Shown here one piece after another: positions 34,864 to 46,268 of a stretch of 64,000 nt of DNA. Location: the NCBI GenBank assembly GCA_025603075.1, contig MU626375.1, positions 1 to 64,000 on the forward strand. The letters are read 5' to 3'. Origin of the DNA: Neoconidiobolus thromboides FSU 785. Its lineage: Eukaryota > Fungi > Entomophthoromycota. The notes under the pieces were generated by a model, which had not been told where the DNA came from, ran no database searches, and was given only the letters and a program-made list of their open reading frames with translations. Positions within the stretch are counted from its first letter, which is position 1. Each line of letters opens with the position of its first letter. A program made the position numbers and the translations under genes.

Positions 34864-36843
34864 ATGAGCTGGCATTTAATCTCTACTAAAATAATTGATA
34901 ATTCAAATATGTCGAGTGATGTATTTTTAAAAATAATGGTAATTTATACTTTCTCATTTAACTTAATTTCATTTAATATACTCTAATATTAACAATTTAG
35001 ACTCAATGGTTAAATGAACCACAACAATTGGCAAAAACTATATTAAGAGGGGAAATTATTTATTCCATAGAAAAAGAAATGGAATCATCATTAAAAGATA
35101 GAATAGATTATCTTAAGGAAAGTATAGTATTACGAAAATTATTACCAAGGTTAACAAAAAAGGATAATTGGATGATACAAAAAGTAGTTACTAAAGAAAT
35201 AAAAGAAGGAAGTAAGACATTATTTTTTAAAAATAAATAAACAATGAAAAAAAGAAGGATTTATTAATATTTATTTTCTTAACTTTTAGTTTGGCAAGTT
35301 GAACACTCACCTATAGATGAAAAAATAGTTCAAGAAGATGGTAATTTGGATAATCAATTTATAGATTTAGATATAACTCAAGAAAAGTTAATTGAATTAC
35401 CTTCTTTTTGTCCAAAAGTAAATAAGTTTTTGTTTAAACAAATAAATTCATGTTAATAAATAATGAGATAATAGGTTAATAGTTATCGAATAATCTATAA
35501 TAATGAATTGAAGAGTGTAACAATGGAATATTTTAATAAATTTAAAGAGATGGAATTAGAGTTATCGGTAATTTATATATCAAGTATTTATTTTGTAAAG
35601 TAAATTTTAATTTTGATATTTATAGCTAAAAATGTTACAAAATTTATTTAATTTATTAATCAAATATATAACAAACCTTTTAAAAGGATATCAAAAGAGA
35701 GTTTATCATGATGTTATTATTGATAAAATAAAATATCAAGATAATTATTTAAAAAATAAAGATAAATTTTTATATTGGGTTAAAAATTGGCCTGAGAGTA
35801 AGTCAAATGTTATTTATAATAAAATAAAACAATATATTAATATATTGTTTATTTCTATTAGATACAGATGCAAGTAAATTTGTATTTGAAGACATTGGTA
35901 TTGCTACTTTTTTAAATTTATTATTTGAAAGGTAATAATAATATATAATATTAATATTAATATTAATATTAATACTATAAATAGACCTTCTACCTTTATT
36001 GATTTGGGATGTGGTAATGGTCTATTAGTTCATTTATTAAATCAATTGGGACATCAAGGTCAAGGAATTGATTTAGTAAAAAGAAAAATTTGGGATTTAT
36101 TTAAAGAAGATAAATTAATTTGTAAGTTAAGTTATTATTATTATTATTATTACATTAATATATATTATTATATTATTATATTATTATATTAATAAATTTA
36201 TTATTTAATTATAGGTCGAACATTAATCCCTAATAAGGAACAATTTATTGAGACTTGGTTGATTGGTAATCATTGTGATGAACTATCCCCTTGGATACCT
36301 ATTATGGCAAATAATTCTAGTTATGAAACAAAGTAATAATTTAATTATATATTAGTTTAATTTAGTTATATTTAATAATAATATATTTAAGGTTTATAAT
36401 AATACCATGTTGTTTTTATAATTTGAATGGTACACGATATCAACATTTAAAAAAAAAAGAAAATATTGGTAAGTTTAAATAGAAGAGAATTAAGAATATA
36501 ATATAATATTAACTATTTTATTTTATTTTATTTTAGGAAATTATGAAAATTATATTAATTATTTAATTGAAATTATAAAACTATGTGGCTATATACCAGA
36601 GAAAGAATATTTAAGAATACCATCTACAAAAAATGTTTGTTTAATTGGGAGAAATCGAAGTTTTAAAAAAGGTAAATTATTATATTTATAATAATAATAA
36701 TAATATTTGTTTATTTATTTTAATATTATTTAGATGATATTATAGAATCTAATAGAATTAATAATAATATAAAAGAATTATTAAAAGATGTAAATTTTCA
36801 ACCTAGAATTAATAAAAATACAACTAATAATCAACGCCATTAA
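34864..36843 (+). CDS. TRM44: tRNA (uracil-O2'-)-methyltransferase, Trm44 family; multi-exon
   Basis: Exonic motifs FIDLGCGNGLLVHLL, GIDLVKRKIW, LIGNHCDELSPWIP, IIPCCFY, LRIPSTKNVCLIGR. Confidence 0.88.
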
Positions 36844-36946
36844 AAATATAAATAAAATATAGAGATTGATATTATATAGTATATTGCCCCACTTTTTATT
36901 ACTTTTCATATTATTATTAACTATACAAATATCATTTAACTTAACT

Positions 36947-37591
36947 TTATTTTCCTTTTTTATGATATTCATTATTATTATTATTACTCAATTTAGAAAC
37001 AATGAACCAACAGGAACACATCATAACAAATACTGAAGTCATTCTACCCCAAACATGAGAAGAAGTCTCAATATTAGGTCGTTCATCTTGATGATATCGA
37101 TTTTGAAATCGAAATGGTGTATTTCCAATTCCACTCCCACTTCCGCTACTATATCCATGCATATCTTCATATTCTCCTTGATTGTACTCTTTTCCCATTT
37201 GATTTCCATCTTTAAATGTATTCTTTTGATGATATGGTTTTGTTTTTCCATACTGAGCTGTAGGTTTTTGTCGATAACGAAATCGGTTACTAAATGCTTG
37301 TTCTTTTGAATAATTATGAGAAATAAAACTTCGATCATAATCTAAACGTTTTGTGTCATCACTAAGTATTGAGTAGGCTTCATTGATTTTTAAAAAATGG
37401 GCATGGGCAGATTCATTATTAGGGTTTTTGTCCGGATGATATTGCATCGATAAACGGTAGAATGAAGTTTTGATTTCTGATTTGGTTGAGGTTTTTTTTA
37501 TTTTTAATAAGTCATAATAATTTTCGGAAGGCTTACTGCTATACAATCGTAGAGATAAATGTTGAATTGGACGATAAAATTTAGTTAACAT
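36947..37591 (-). CDS. DnaJ-domain protein with probable mitochondrial presequence and C-terminal TM segment
   Basis: NYYDLL...IKTSFYRLSMQYHPDKN...INEAYSILSD J-domain with HPD; Arg/Ser-rich N-terminus; hydrophobic tail. Confidence 0.88.
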   Translation of the reverse strand: MLTKFYRPIQHLSLRLYSSKPSENYYDLLKIKKTSTKSEIKTSFYRLSMQYHPDKNPNNESAHAHFLKINEAYSILSDDTKRLDYDRSFISHNYSKEQAFSNRFRYRQKPTAQYGKTKPYHQKNTFKDGNQMGKEYNQGEYEDMHGYSSGSGSGIGNTPFRFQNRYHQDERPNIETSSHVWGRMTSVFVMMCSCWFIVSKLSNNNNNEYHKKGK

Positions 37592-37996
37592 TTTTTTTGA
37601 TTTTTTTGAAACTTTGGAATAAATGTAGAATATTGAATTTTAATAAAATAAGAGTTAGACTTTTAATAAAATTGATTAGTCTAATTAAAGTTTGAGTTTT
37701 GCAATTTTTAAGAAATTATAGTAAGTTTGATTCTTAAATTTATAGTTAATTCTTAACTCATAATTAATTCTATTAAAATTATCAATGACTCATTATTAAA
37801 TTAAACTGATGATAAATTAAAAATAGAAATTCCAATCCAAAAGAATAGTAATATTCAACTACTCAATTGTACTCCAATGAAAACATAAAACTTGTTTTTA
37901 AGTCGATCTCAAAAACTAAATTAATTTAAAAATCATATCAACACAGCAAAACTATTTTTCAATAAATTAACTAACTAACCTCACCATAAATTTATA

Positions 37997-38290
37997 ATGT
38001 TACTACAACTTATAACCTTATATCTATTAATTACCACCACCTTCTCACAATGTCCTTTACCAATTGAAAAATGTCGTTACCTATCCAATTACCGCTGCCT
38101 CCCCACACAGGAACCATGTAGTCCATGTTGGTTACGACCAAAAAGTAAGCATAATCGAAGAGATTATTGGAGATGTGTAAGAATGCGAGACAATGGCGAA
38201 TGTCCAGAGTATCCAGAATTATATGATTTAAAAAAAGATTGTAAGAATATAACGTATCCTAAAGTCCCTCCTTTGGGAAAGTATTGGTGA
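37997..38290 (+). CDS. Small secreted Cys-rich protein (8 Cys), effector-like
   Basis: Signal peptide MLLQLITLYLLITTTFS; 97 aa; CP...EKC...C...CSPCW...WRC...CP...C. Confidence 0.75.
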   Translation: MLLQLITLYLLITTTFSQCPLPIEKCRYLSNYRCLPTQEPCSPCWLRPKSKHNRRDYWRCVRMRDNGECPEYPELYDLKKDCKNITYPKVPPLGKYW

Positions 38291-39035
38291 ATCGAGAGTG
38301 AAAGCGGAAAGGGATGTAAATGGAGGCATAAATGAACGATATCATTTTATAAAGGAATGATGAGGTAATTAATTGTGACTGTTTTTGTTTTAATTTTTAA
38401 GTTACTAGTTTACTGCCTGGATTTCAGATTTTTTTTATGTTGAAGAAAGGGACCAATTAGAAATGAAATAAGTTAATGGGATGAAAACTCAAAAATTATA
38501 TAAAATTCAACTTTTAGTTTTAATTTAATAAAAAATAATAATATACTAATTATAAAAAGGTATAATATTTAACTTTCTTAATTTTTGTTATCTTATTTAT
38601 TGTTTTTCTATCTCTTGTTTTATAATATATTTTAAAATATATTTAATAAATAAAAAGAAGCTTTATAAAATCTATTTCTAATAAGTTCAATTTCAAAGAA
38701 TTTTTCTAATTTATTAGTCAAAAAAATAAAAGGGGTTGAACTAATTAGAAACTTTGATTCTACCTAGTTAAATTCTAGATTTATTCTATCATAATTAAAT
38801 ATTTAAGTAGAAATAATTAGACTAATTTATTAAATTAGTAATAAGATTATAAGTATATTTTAACAATAACTAATTATAAAAATATTAATATTAATAAATG
38901 CTATTTAATTATGAATAACTCTGTGTTTTTAGTTTTAGTATAATAAAATATAAAAACAAGTCTAAAATGATGTATAGTTTTTAATTAACAACCAATTCTT
39001 AAAGTATCACTTTTGCTTCTACATTTAATATAATG

Positions 39036-39142
39036 ATATGGGGATGTTTTTTTTGGTTTTATTACTTTTTCCATTTTTTAAGTGCTATTTGAGCGGAAAA
39101 AGTGTTAGTAAAACTCTCAAATAATAAAATATATCCCCATAT
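39036..39142 (-). mobile_element. MITE copy 15
   Basis: atatggggatgttttttttggttttattac...atatccccatat. Confidence 0.92.
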
Positions 39143-39935
39143 AATAAGTTTATCAATAGTTATACAAAAGTAACTGAAATAATAGAACACGTAATATTAA
39201 AATGACAGCACAAATATACCATATAACGTGTGGACTCTTTAACAAATTATTTTCATTATTTATGCTATTTATAATGGTATTTTATAATAATAAAATATTT
39301 TGTTTTTTAAAATACTAGAATAACTTTAATAAAAATCCTTAAGATTAATTATGTAATGAAAACAGGCTCCAGTTGAATTAATTATATGTGTTATTAGAAA
39401 CTATTATAATCATTAAATTAAGTAAAAAATAATCCATTTCTACCATATTTAGCTTCGATTATTAGGTTTATTGTATGTGCTTTTTAAATGAAAAACTATA
39501 TATAACCAAATATCAAATTATAGTATGATAATATATTGTCACTTAAATAATTAAGCTTGAAAACATAACATCATAAGACTTTAAGGCTCTAAAAAAAGAA
39601 ATAATGGTATTGCTGTTCTTACATAAATAAAAAAAGATTAAAAATTGTAATTGTATAATATTATCATCAACTTTAGAAGATTAGTTTTTAATATTTCTAT
39701 CTAATATATTTTATATTTAATAACAAATAATAAATAAATCCTTCATTTGCTCTGGTTTATAATATAAACTAAAGATAATTATTTCATCATAAAATTACTG
39801 TGACTAATGATCATAGTCAAAGAGCCATCATATTTTAAATATTTTAATAATATTTTTTTTTAATAAAAAGACGATTAACCAGACTTGCAATACAATTAAG
39901 TACTAAATCTAAAATAATAACAATTCAAAGTAATT

Positions 39936-40042
39936 ACATGGGGATGATTTTTTTTGATTTCATTATTTTTTCCATCTTTAAGCACTATTTGGGCGGAAAG
40001 ATTGTTAATAAAATTCTTAAACACAAAAGTACATCTCCATAT
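39936..40042 (-). mobile_element. MITE copy 16
   Basis: acatggggatgatttttttgatttcatt...gtacatctccatat. Confidence 0.92.
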
Positions 40043-40225
40043 GATCTAAAATAACCTAAGTTTTATTTGAACGTATCCTTTTATTTAACAAGGCATCAAG
40101 TAATTTAATGTTGAATATTTATATCATTTTCAAAACACTTGAATTGATATTATTTTATAAGCTAGCTATAAAATCGAATAATATAAATACCCTTGTTCTA
40201 CAAATATTATGATTATAAACTCAGA

Positions 40226-40859
40226 ATGAATAGTTTCATTATTCATTGTTAATACACCTATTGACATTGCTGCTATAGCTTCAGTTAATCCAAAAGGAAT
40301 TAAAGTAAGTAGATGACAATCAGATATTAATTGGAATAGCATCAAATCAAATAAAGTTGAATTTGCTTATACCAAAGCTACTGAAAATACTACATATAAG
40401 AGTCCTAAGTTTGGTTCACAATAGACAAATGCTACTAAAGTAGGCTTGACTCGTGGAAGTTATTACTTTGATCGTCCTGTTGATTCATCAAGTGTTGCAC
40501 AAACCAATTATTTTGTGGCTAATAGAGATGGTTAGAGTGCTGATGGGATAAGTTTACCAGGCACTCTTGGCCTTGAAGCTGGTTGTATTGGTTTATCCCA
40601 TGCTAGTATGGTTAATTGGATTAAATATTTTAGTACTATTTATCATTCCAAAACTAGTAGACGTCCAGTGATTTATATTATTACAGATTGGTGCATTGAA
40701 TGTACTAGTAACCTTTCTACTTTTTCTAGCGACAAACCGTTATGAGTTTCTCATTGGGAAAGTCCGCCGGGTATTTCACCGAATGGTTGGGCTTATCATA
40801 TTTTTTGGGAATATACTGGTATAGGATCAAACACTGGTGATCAAGATAACTTCACTTAA
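40226..40859 (+). pseudogene. Glycoside hydrolase family 25 muramidase (lysozyme) pseudogene, intronless
   Basis: GIKVSR*QSDINWNSIK..VEFAYTKATE..Y..PKF..Q*TNA..GLTRGSYYF.RP...AQTNYFV...G*SADG.SLPGTLGLE...CIGLS...MVNWI..F...YH..T.RRPVIY matches GH25 (cellosyl/Ch-type). Four stops and a frameshift in the signal peptide. Confidence 0.9.
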
Positions 40860-41687
40860 AAGATTTACTATTACATGATAAAGATTATAGTTAAATATCC
40901 ATTTTTTAAAAATTTTGTATTTCATTAAGTTATTTATTCATACTTAAAACGTATATACTATTTATTCGTATTATAATGTTTATATGATCCCTTTCAAGCT
41001 TTACATAAATTTAGTATTTATTAATCAAATGTAATAATCCTAAGGTACTGTTTATTTCAATCCCAAGTCTTATAAATGTATAATAGCGTTATAAAATTTA
41101 AATGGGTAAATGCCTTTACCTTAAATTATGAAGGTTGTTTTTAACCATAAAAAAATCAAAGTTGTTCAGCTCTATAATCACCTAAAATAGTCTCTCTCTC
41201 TTTTCGTACTTATTAATTGTAAATATTTTATAATTATCTTAAAGCGTTAAATAGTGTCTAATAATCTGGATAAAAGAGTTATAAAATAACCAACTCAATA
41301 TTATAGTTCTATATTGTTTATGAATCTTGAAATATTGAGTTGCTAAATCTTTAAAAAATGATTTTCCTCCTATTTTGACATGAATAATGAAAAACTGTAA
41401 CTTACTAAATTTAGCCCTAAAAAATTATGCAAATGTTCTTTTAGTTATACCTCTAATTAATGTTTTTTAAAATTTTATGTTATATAAAAAGTAGACAAAT
41501 GCTGAGATTAAAGTCGCTTCCTTATTAGCAAACTGAGTGCTTTTATCACAAGCTTAGTCATTATTGATTTTTATTATTCTTTTACCTTATATTATAAACA
41601 TTCATTCATTCATTCACAGCTTAAATTTACTGTATTTCAACAAACTAAAAATCAAATTAAACAAACATAAAAATAATTTATTATAAA

Positions 41688-43546
41688 CTAAACAATATTA
41701 GTTTTTTGAAGGAAAGGAACCCATTCATTCTCGTATTGAATCCAATGTCCTGGATCCCTACTAATCATAGCTAAATGATCCCAACAAATCTTTTGTCTTT
41801 TCCCAGGATAAAAGCCAGCAGTTTCTTGGACATCGGATCCATGAATATATTTAATGCAAAGTGGACAGTCATCATTTGGTGCAACATAATCATGACTAAA
41901 TTTCTGTGGTCGAGGTGTCATTAACTTTATAGCTGGATCTTGATATTCCAACCTTAAAGTACCGAGATCAATAAGACCATTAATTCGATCCTTAATATAA
42001 TTAACATCCAATATTGGGCGTCCAATTAAATTTAATTCAACTTGATTTCTTTTCTCCTCTTTTCTTGCCTCTCTTTCTTCATACTCCTCCTCTCTATCTA
42101 CACTTTCATGGAAGGTTACCCTTTTTTTACATATGTTATACCTTTTTTCTTTAACCAAACATGACTTTAATTTTATTTCTATTAAAATATTAATTAATTA
42201 ATGCATGATTTTCATATTATCTTACCTTTTTTAACTGTAATTTTAATTTTTCCGTCAACTCCGTGACCATTTTTTTCTCCATTAATACCACCTTGATCAA
42301 TTTTTCTCTCATTAGAGTTTGGCCTATCTGAGCTCATTCTCTGAGTATTTTTATAGTTGGACTCATTTTGATTAGTTGAAGTAAAGTGGGTTGGAGAAAT
42401 GGATCCATCTTTAAGAGATACATTATCAGCAACAAACTTCTCAAAGATGCCTTTAATTTGAACGTTGAATTGCTTAAACATAGATTTACTGGGGCTTAAA
42501 CTTTGAATAGTATCTGATACAGTTTTTACATCCGAATCTCCTTTTTTATACATTTCTAGTTTAACTTTTTTAGTAATTAATGTGTTCTCTTCTTCATATT
42601 GTGATATTCTTTTTTTATGCTCAAGTTCTCTTTTATGAGGCAAAATATGTTTCTTTATTATTTCAAGTACATTTGGAATTTCCGCATCTTTAAGATAAGC
42701 TGAATAAATCTTTGGTCTTCGAATTACGTGTTGATGTAATGCCCTATTAGTCTTGCAACGAGTATTTCGCTTTTGATTAGTATTGAAGCTCTGGTAAAGT
42801 TCATAGGCCCTATTTACGTTTTTACGACAATAGGAATGATAAACTATACTACCTGCTTGTCGAATCAAGAGCGCTTTGTCATCAAATGATTTTATTATCA
42901 TCTGATCAATTTTCATATGGTTCATTTCAATAAAATCATCATCAGCAAGCTTGATAATATACTCAAGTAAGAACACATACCTCAACCGGAGATTAGGACA
43001 TTTAATAGAGAAACCAGATTCAACGTATCTGAATATTAATTCCTTATTATTCATGAACTCCAATTCCATAAAGTAAATGAGAAACTGATAGCACGTTCCA
43101 ATGCTGGCATTATAGTTTTCCACTTTATAAAAATCCTTATTAAGTGCAAAAAAGAGACATTTAAATAATATATAAATATGAACTTTAATAAGGTCATAAT
43201 AATCTTCATACAAAATGAATATAAACCTTAAAGCATATAAATTAAATACTTCATCTTCACACCTTATCATCTTTCCTATAGCTTTAACTATTAATTCGAT
43301 ATATTTTTCATAATTAGGATACGTCTTAATAACACCATGTTTAAAATAAGCTTCAAGGGTCAAAAATATCATCCTATAGATCCCAGAGTGAATGTCAACA
43401 ATACTTTCATAAAATCTATTAAATGTATCTAAAAGCTTTGTGACATCATCTTTTTCTTTTTGAGTGGTAATAGCACGAAAGCATGTTGGTCTAGTGTTGA
43501 CTTCTACCGCAAGATCAAATTGGTTTTGTATAGACATTTGAAACAA
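41688..43546 (-). CDS. HEAT/TOG-like (CLASP N-terminal-like) protein; two track ORFs joined by a 47-bp intron (42179-42225)
   Basis: Helical HEAT-like region ending LRLRYVFLLEYII...IIKSFDDKALLIRQAG...AYELY resembles CLASP_N; the splice joins ...KITVKK-EIKLKSCLVKEKR in frame; 5' end uncertain. Confidence 0.5.
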
Positions 43547-45190
43547 AACTAAACTGTTTTTTTCTTACACCTGTTCTATAATTTATTCTCATCTTCGGAT
43601 TGCTTTAATTGATTCTATCCAATTACATTAAAAAAGCTGTAATCGTAATAGATTAAACAAATCATTTGTTAAAGTTAAATGGTCAGGGATATAACGTTTT
43701 AACCCATAATAATAGTTAACTAAAAACATTAATATTTCATTTTGTTAGTTTTGAACTTATTTTATAGAATGTAATATAAAACTATTATTTTAATATGATA
43801 TAAAATAGCAGATAAATATATATCTTCATCTACTTTAAATATGTTTATAAATATGAAGTATTATTCAAATGTAGAACCTTAAAATTGTTATTTAAAAGCA
43901 AAGTAACTATTGGTCAAAATGAGATTAATGTAATATTCAAAAAAAACTTTCAATTTAACTAGAATAAATATTGGAGATAATTTGGGTAAAATTCCGGTAT
44001 AAAAAGGTCAATAACCCTTCAAAGTCAACCAATGATACTTATATATTTATATTAAATATGTCAATGACGATATATGATTATATACTACCCAAGTAATTTT
44101 CATCCTATCTAGTTATTCACTCCACATGATTAAAAATAGCTTTTAATTTTTTTTAAAGCCTATTTATAAACAACTTAATAATTCAGTTACTCCTAAAACA
44201 CTTTTCTATCACTAAATTTATAACTCTGTCTTACAGCGTATATTTTATGATATAACTAATTTCCTTTAACCAGAACAAATTGCTATCTAAAGAGTTAATT
44301 GTTTTAAAATTGCGAGAATACTGAAACCAAATATCAAAGACAACAGCTGTGCGCCAAGAAAAGGTTACAAATTCCTAGTTTCTTTGATATCTGTTATTTT
44401 ATTTAGAAAATAAAACAAACTTAATATATTTTTACGTAGAGATAGGGGTATCATGATTGAAACTTGTAGTAAAAAGGACAAATACTTATAAAGGGGGTTT
44501 ATTCTTTTAAAAATATAAGTTTTGAACATATAGCGTGAATCATTAAATAATTTAGATGGCATAATTGATCCATGTTTTTACGTTTTAAACCTATTCTAAG
44601 TCCTGATAAATGCAGTTCTATTACTATGATAAATAATTATTAAGCTATTTAAGTAAAATGAATACGTATTTTATATTTTATTTTTAGCTTTATAAACTGA
44701 AAGAATTTTGAAAAACTATATTGAATATAACTGAGTAATTCAAATACTTTTAAATTATAAACTATAAAGAAAACTACAAGTAAAGCTTTGGACTAAAGTT
44801 TACCTAATCAGCTTTATTAACATCCTCTTAAACCGGGCTATTGAGAGCTCTATTATTTATCCATTCTCAATATAACCACTAGATAATAAAGTTTTCAGCT
44901 TTCAAAATAAAGTGGAAATGAAACTAGCTAAGAGAACTTCCAATTAAAATAATATCAAGGACTAACCATAGCATTTAATATGTATTATAGTAACTATCAT
45001 ATTATTAGTTTTCCAGAAGTTCGAAATATTTAAATTAAAAGATTATATAAACAATGAAGTGTCTTTTTGATTATTTCGAAATATTTATATTGTAAACTAT
45101 TATTGTATTTTTACTTAATGAAATCAGTACAATGTTGATATGAGGTAAAAATGGAGGATATGTAATAATTAGAAAAAGAACATTATTTAG

Positions 45191-45740
45191 GTGGAATCAG
45201 ATATTCACTATCATCCGATTACTTCATGACGTTCAACAAGGAAGTATTTACATTAAGTTTAAAAAAAGATTTCAAATTATTTGCAAATGTAGCACTATCG
45301 AAAAGAAGGAACAGAATCAATACTCTATTGGGATTATCAAATGGGAATATATTGGGAGTGTTTTTTTTGGCTTCATTACTTTTTCCATCTTTTAAGCGCT
45401 ATTTGCGTGGAAAATTTGGTAATAAAATTCTTAAACACAAAAATACATCCTCGTATTTAGTATTGGAAATGAAAAGGAACATAAAACAATATTAGGTTTT
45501 TATTACAACATGGGTAATCTAGGGCCTGTTTTAAATTGTCTTGGCACTAGAGATGATAAATGGTGTGACGGATGTATTATAACAGGGATATATAGCGGAT
45601 TTAATGTATCAATTGTAAATATTGGGTTTCATACACAAGAATGTTCTACATCACAGAATAAAAAAAATTTAACTCGATTTTATATTTCTAGATCCTTTCA
45701 CTACTCTGGGTCAAGCATAGTTATAATACTCTTAAACTAA
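45191..45740 (+). pseudogene. Probable tyrosinase (di-copper) gene relic interrupted by a MITE
   Basis: With two small frameshifts it reads H-YHPYFMTF-(N/H)RKYL (CuA-like H-x8-H), then ILYWDY (cf. LPYWDW) and, after the MITE, GCIITGIYSGFNV (cf. GCVxDGPF). CuB not clearly found. Confidence 0.45.
45349..45456 (-). mobile_element. MITE copy 17
   Basis: atattgggagtgttttttttggcttcattac...aatacatcctcgtat. Confidence 0.92.
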
Positions 45741-46162
45741 TTTGATATTAAAATAAAGTAGCTAAAAGTAATCTATACCCCAATAAGAAATGTTTATTTT
45801 AAATGATAATTTATATTACTTCGAAATACCAATAAGTAGACAATCAAGTACAGCCCATGATTAAAAACTTCACATAAATTAAATTTAAAAGTACATGCTA
45901 CGAAGGCATATATACTGAATTTAAAAGGTTATTTTTAGTGTGGATTTCCAAAACTAGACTGATTAATTTATTTTATCAGATTAGAAGAAATAAAGAAAGT
46001 AATCGAGATTTACACATTAAAATTTGACCTATTTTTGTTTGAAAAAGTTAATACAAATCATATTCAATCATCGGGGATGCTTTGCTAGATATAAAACCTA
46101 TACAATAAAAAAACTAGGTAATCAACTTGGTAATATTAATGCTGGGGTGCTTCAGAAAATAC

Positions 46163-46268
46163 ATATAGGCATGTATTTTTGTATTTAAGAATTTTATTAA
46201 CAGTTTTTTCACTCAAATAGCGTTTAAAAGATGGAAAAAATAATGAAGCCAAAAAAACATCCCCATAC
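46163..46268 (+). mobile_element. MITE copy 18
   Basis: atataggcatgtatttttgtatttaag...gccaaaaaaacatccccatac. Confidence 0.92.

Noticed and set aside
35941-36200. (ATTAAT)n and (TTA)n microsatellites
   Set aside because: Ordinary low-complexity intron sequence within TRM44
44230-44562. Possible further Zn2Cys6-family relic (LSFLLQVSI, YFLNKITDIK)
   Set aside because: Motif spacing disagrees with the family, no zinc cluster is found, and the evidence is too weak
45226-45495. Track ORF of 89 aa
   Set aside because: It spans a MITE and an alternative frame of the tyrosinase-like relic
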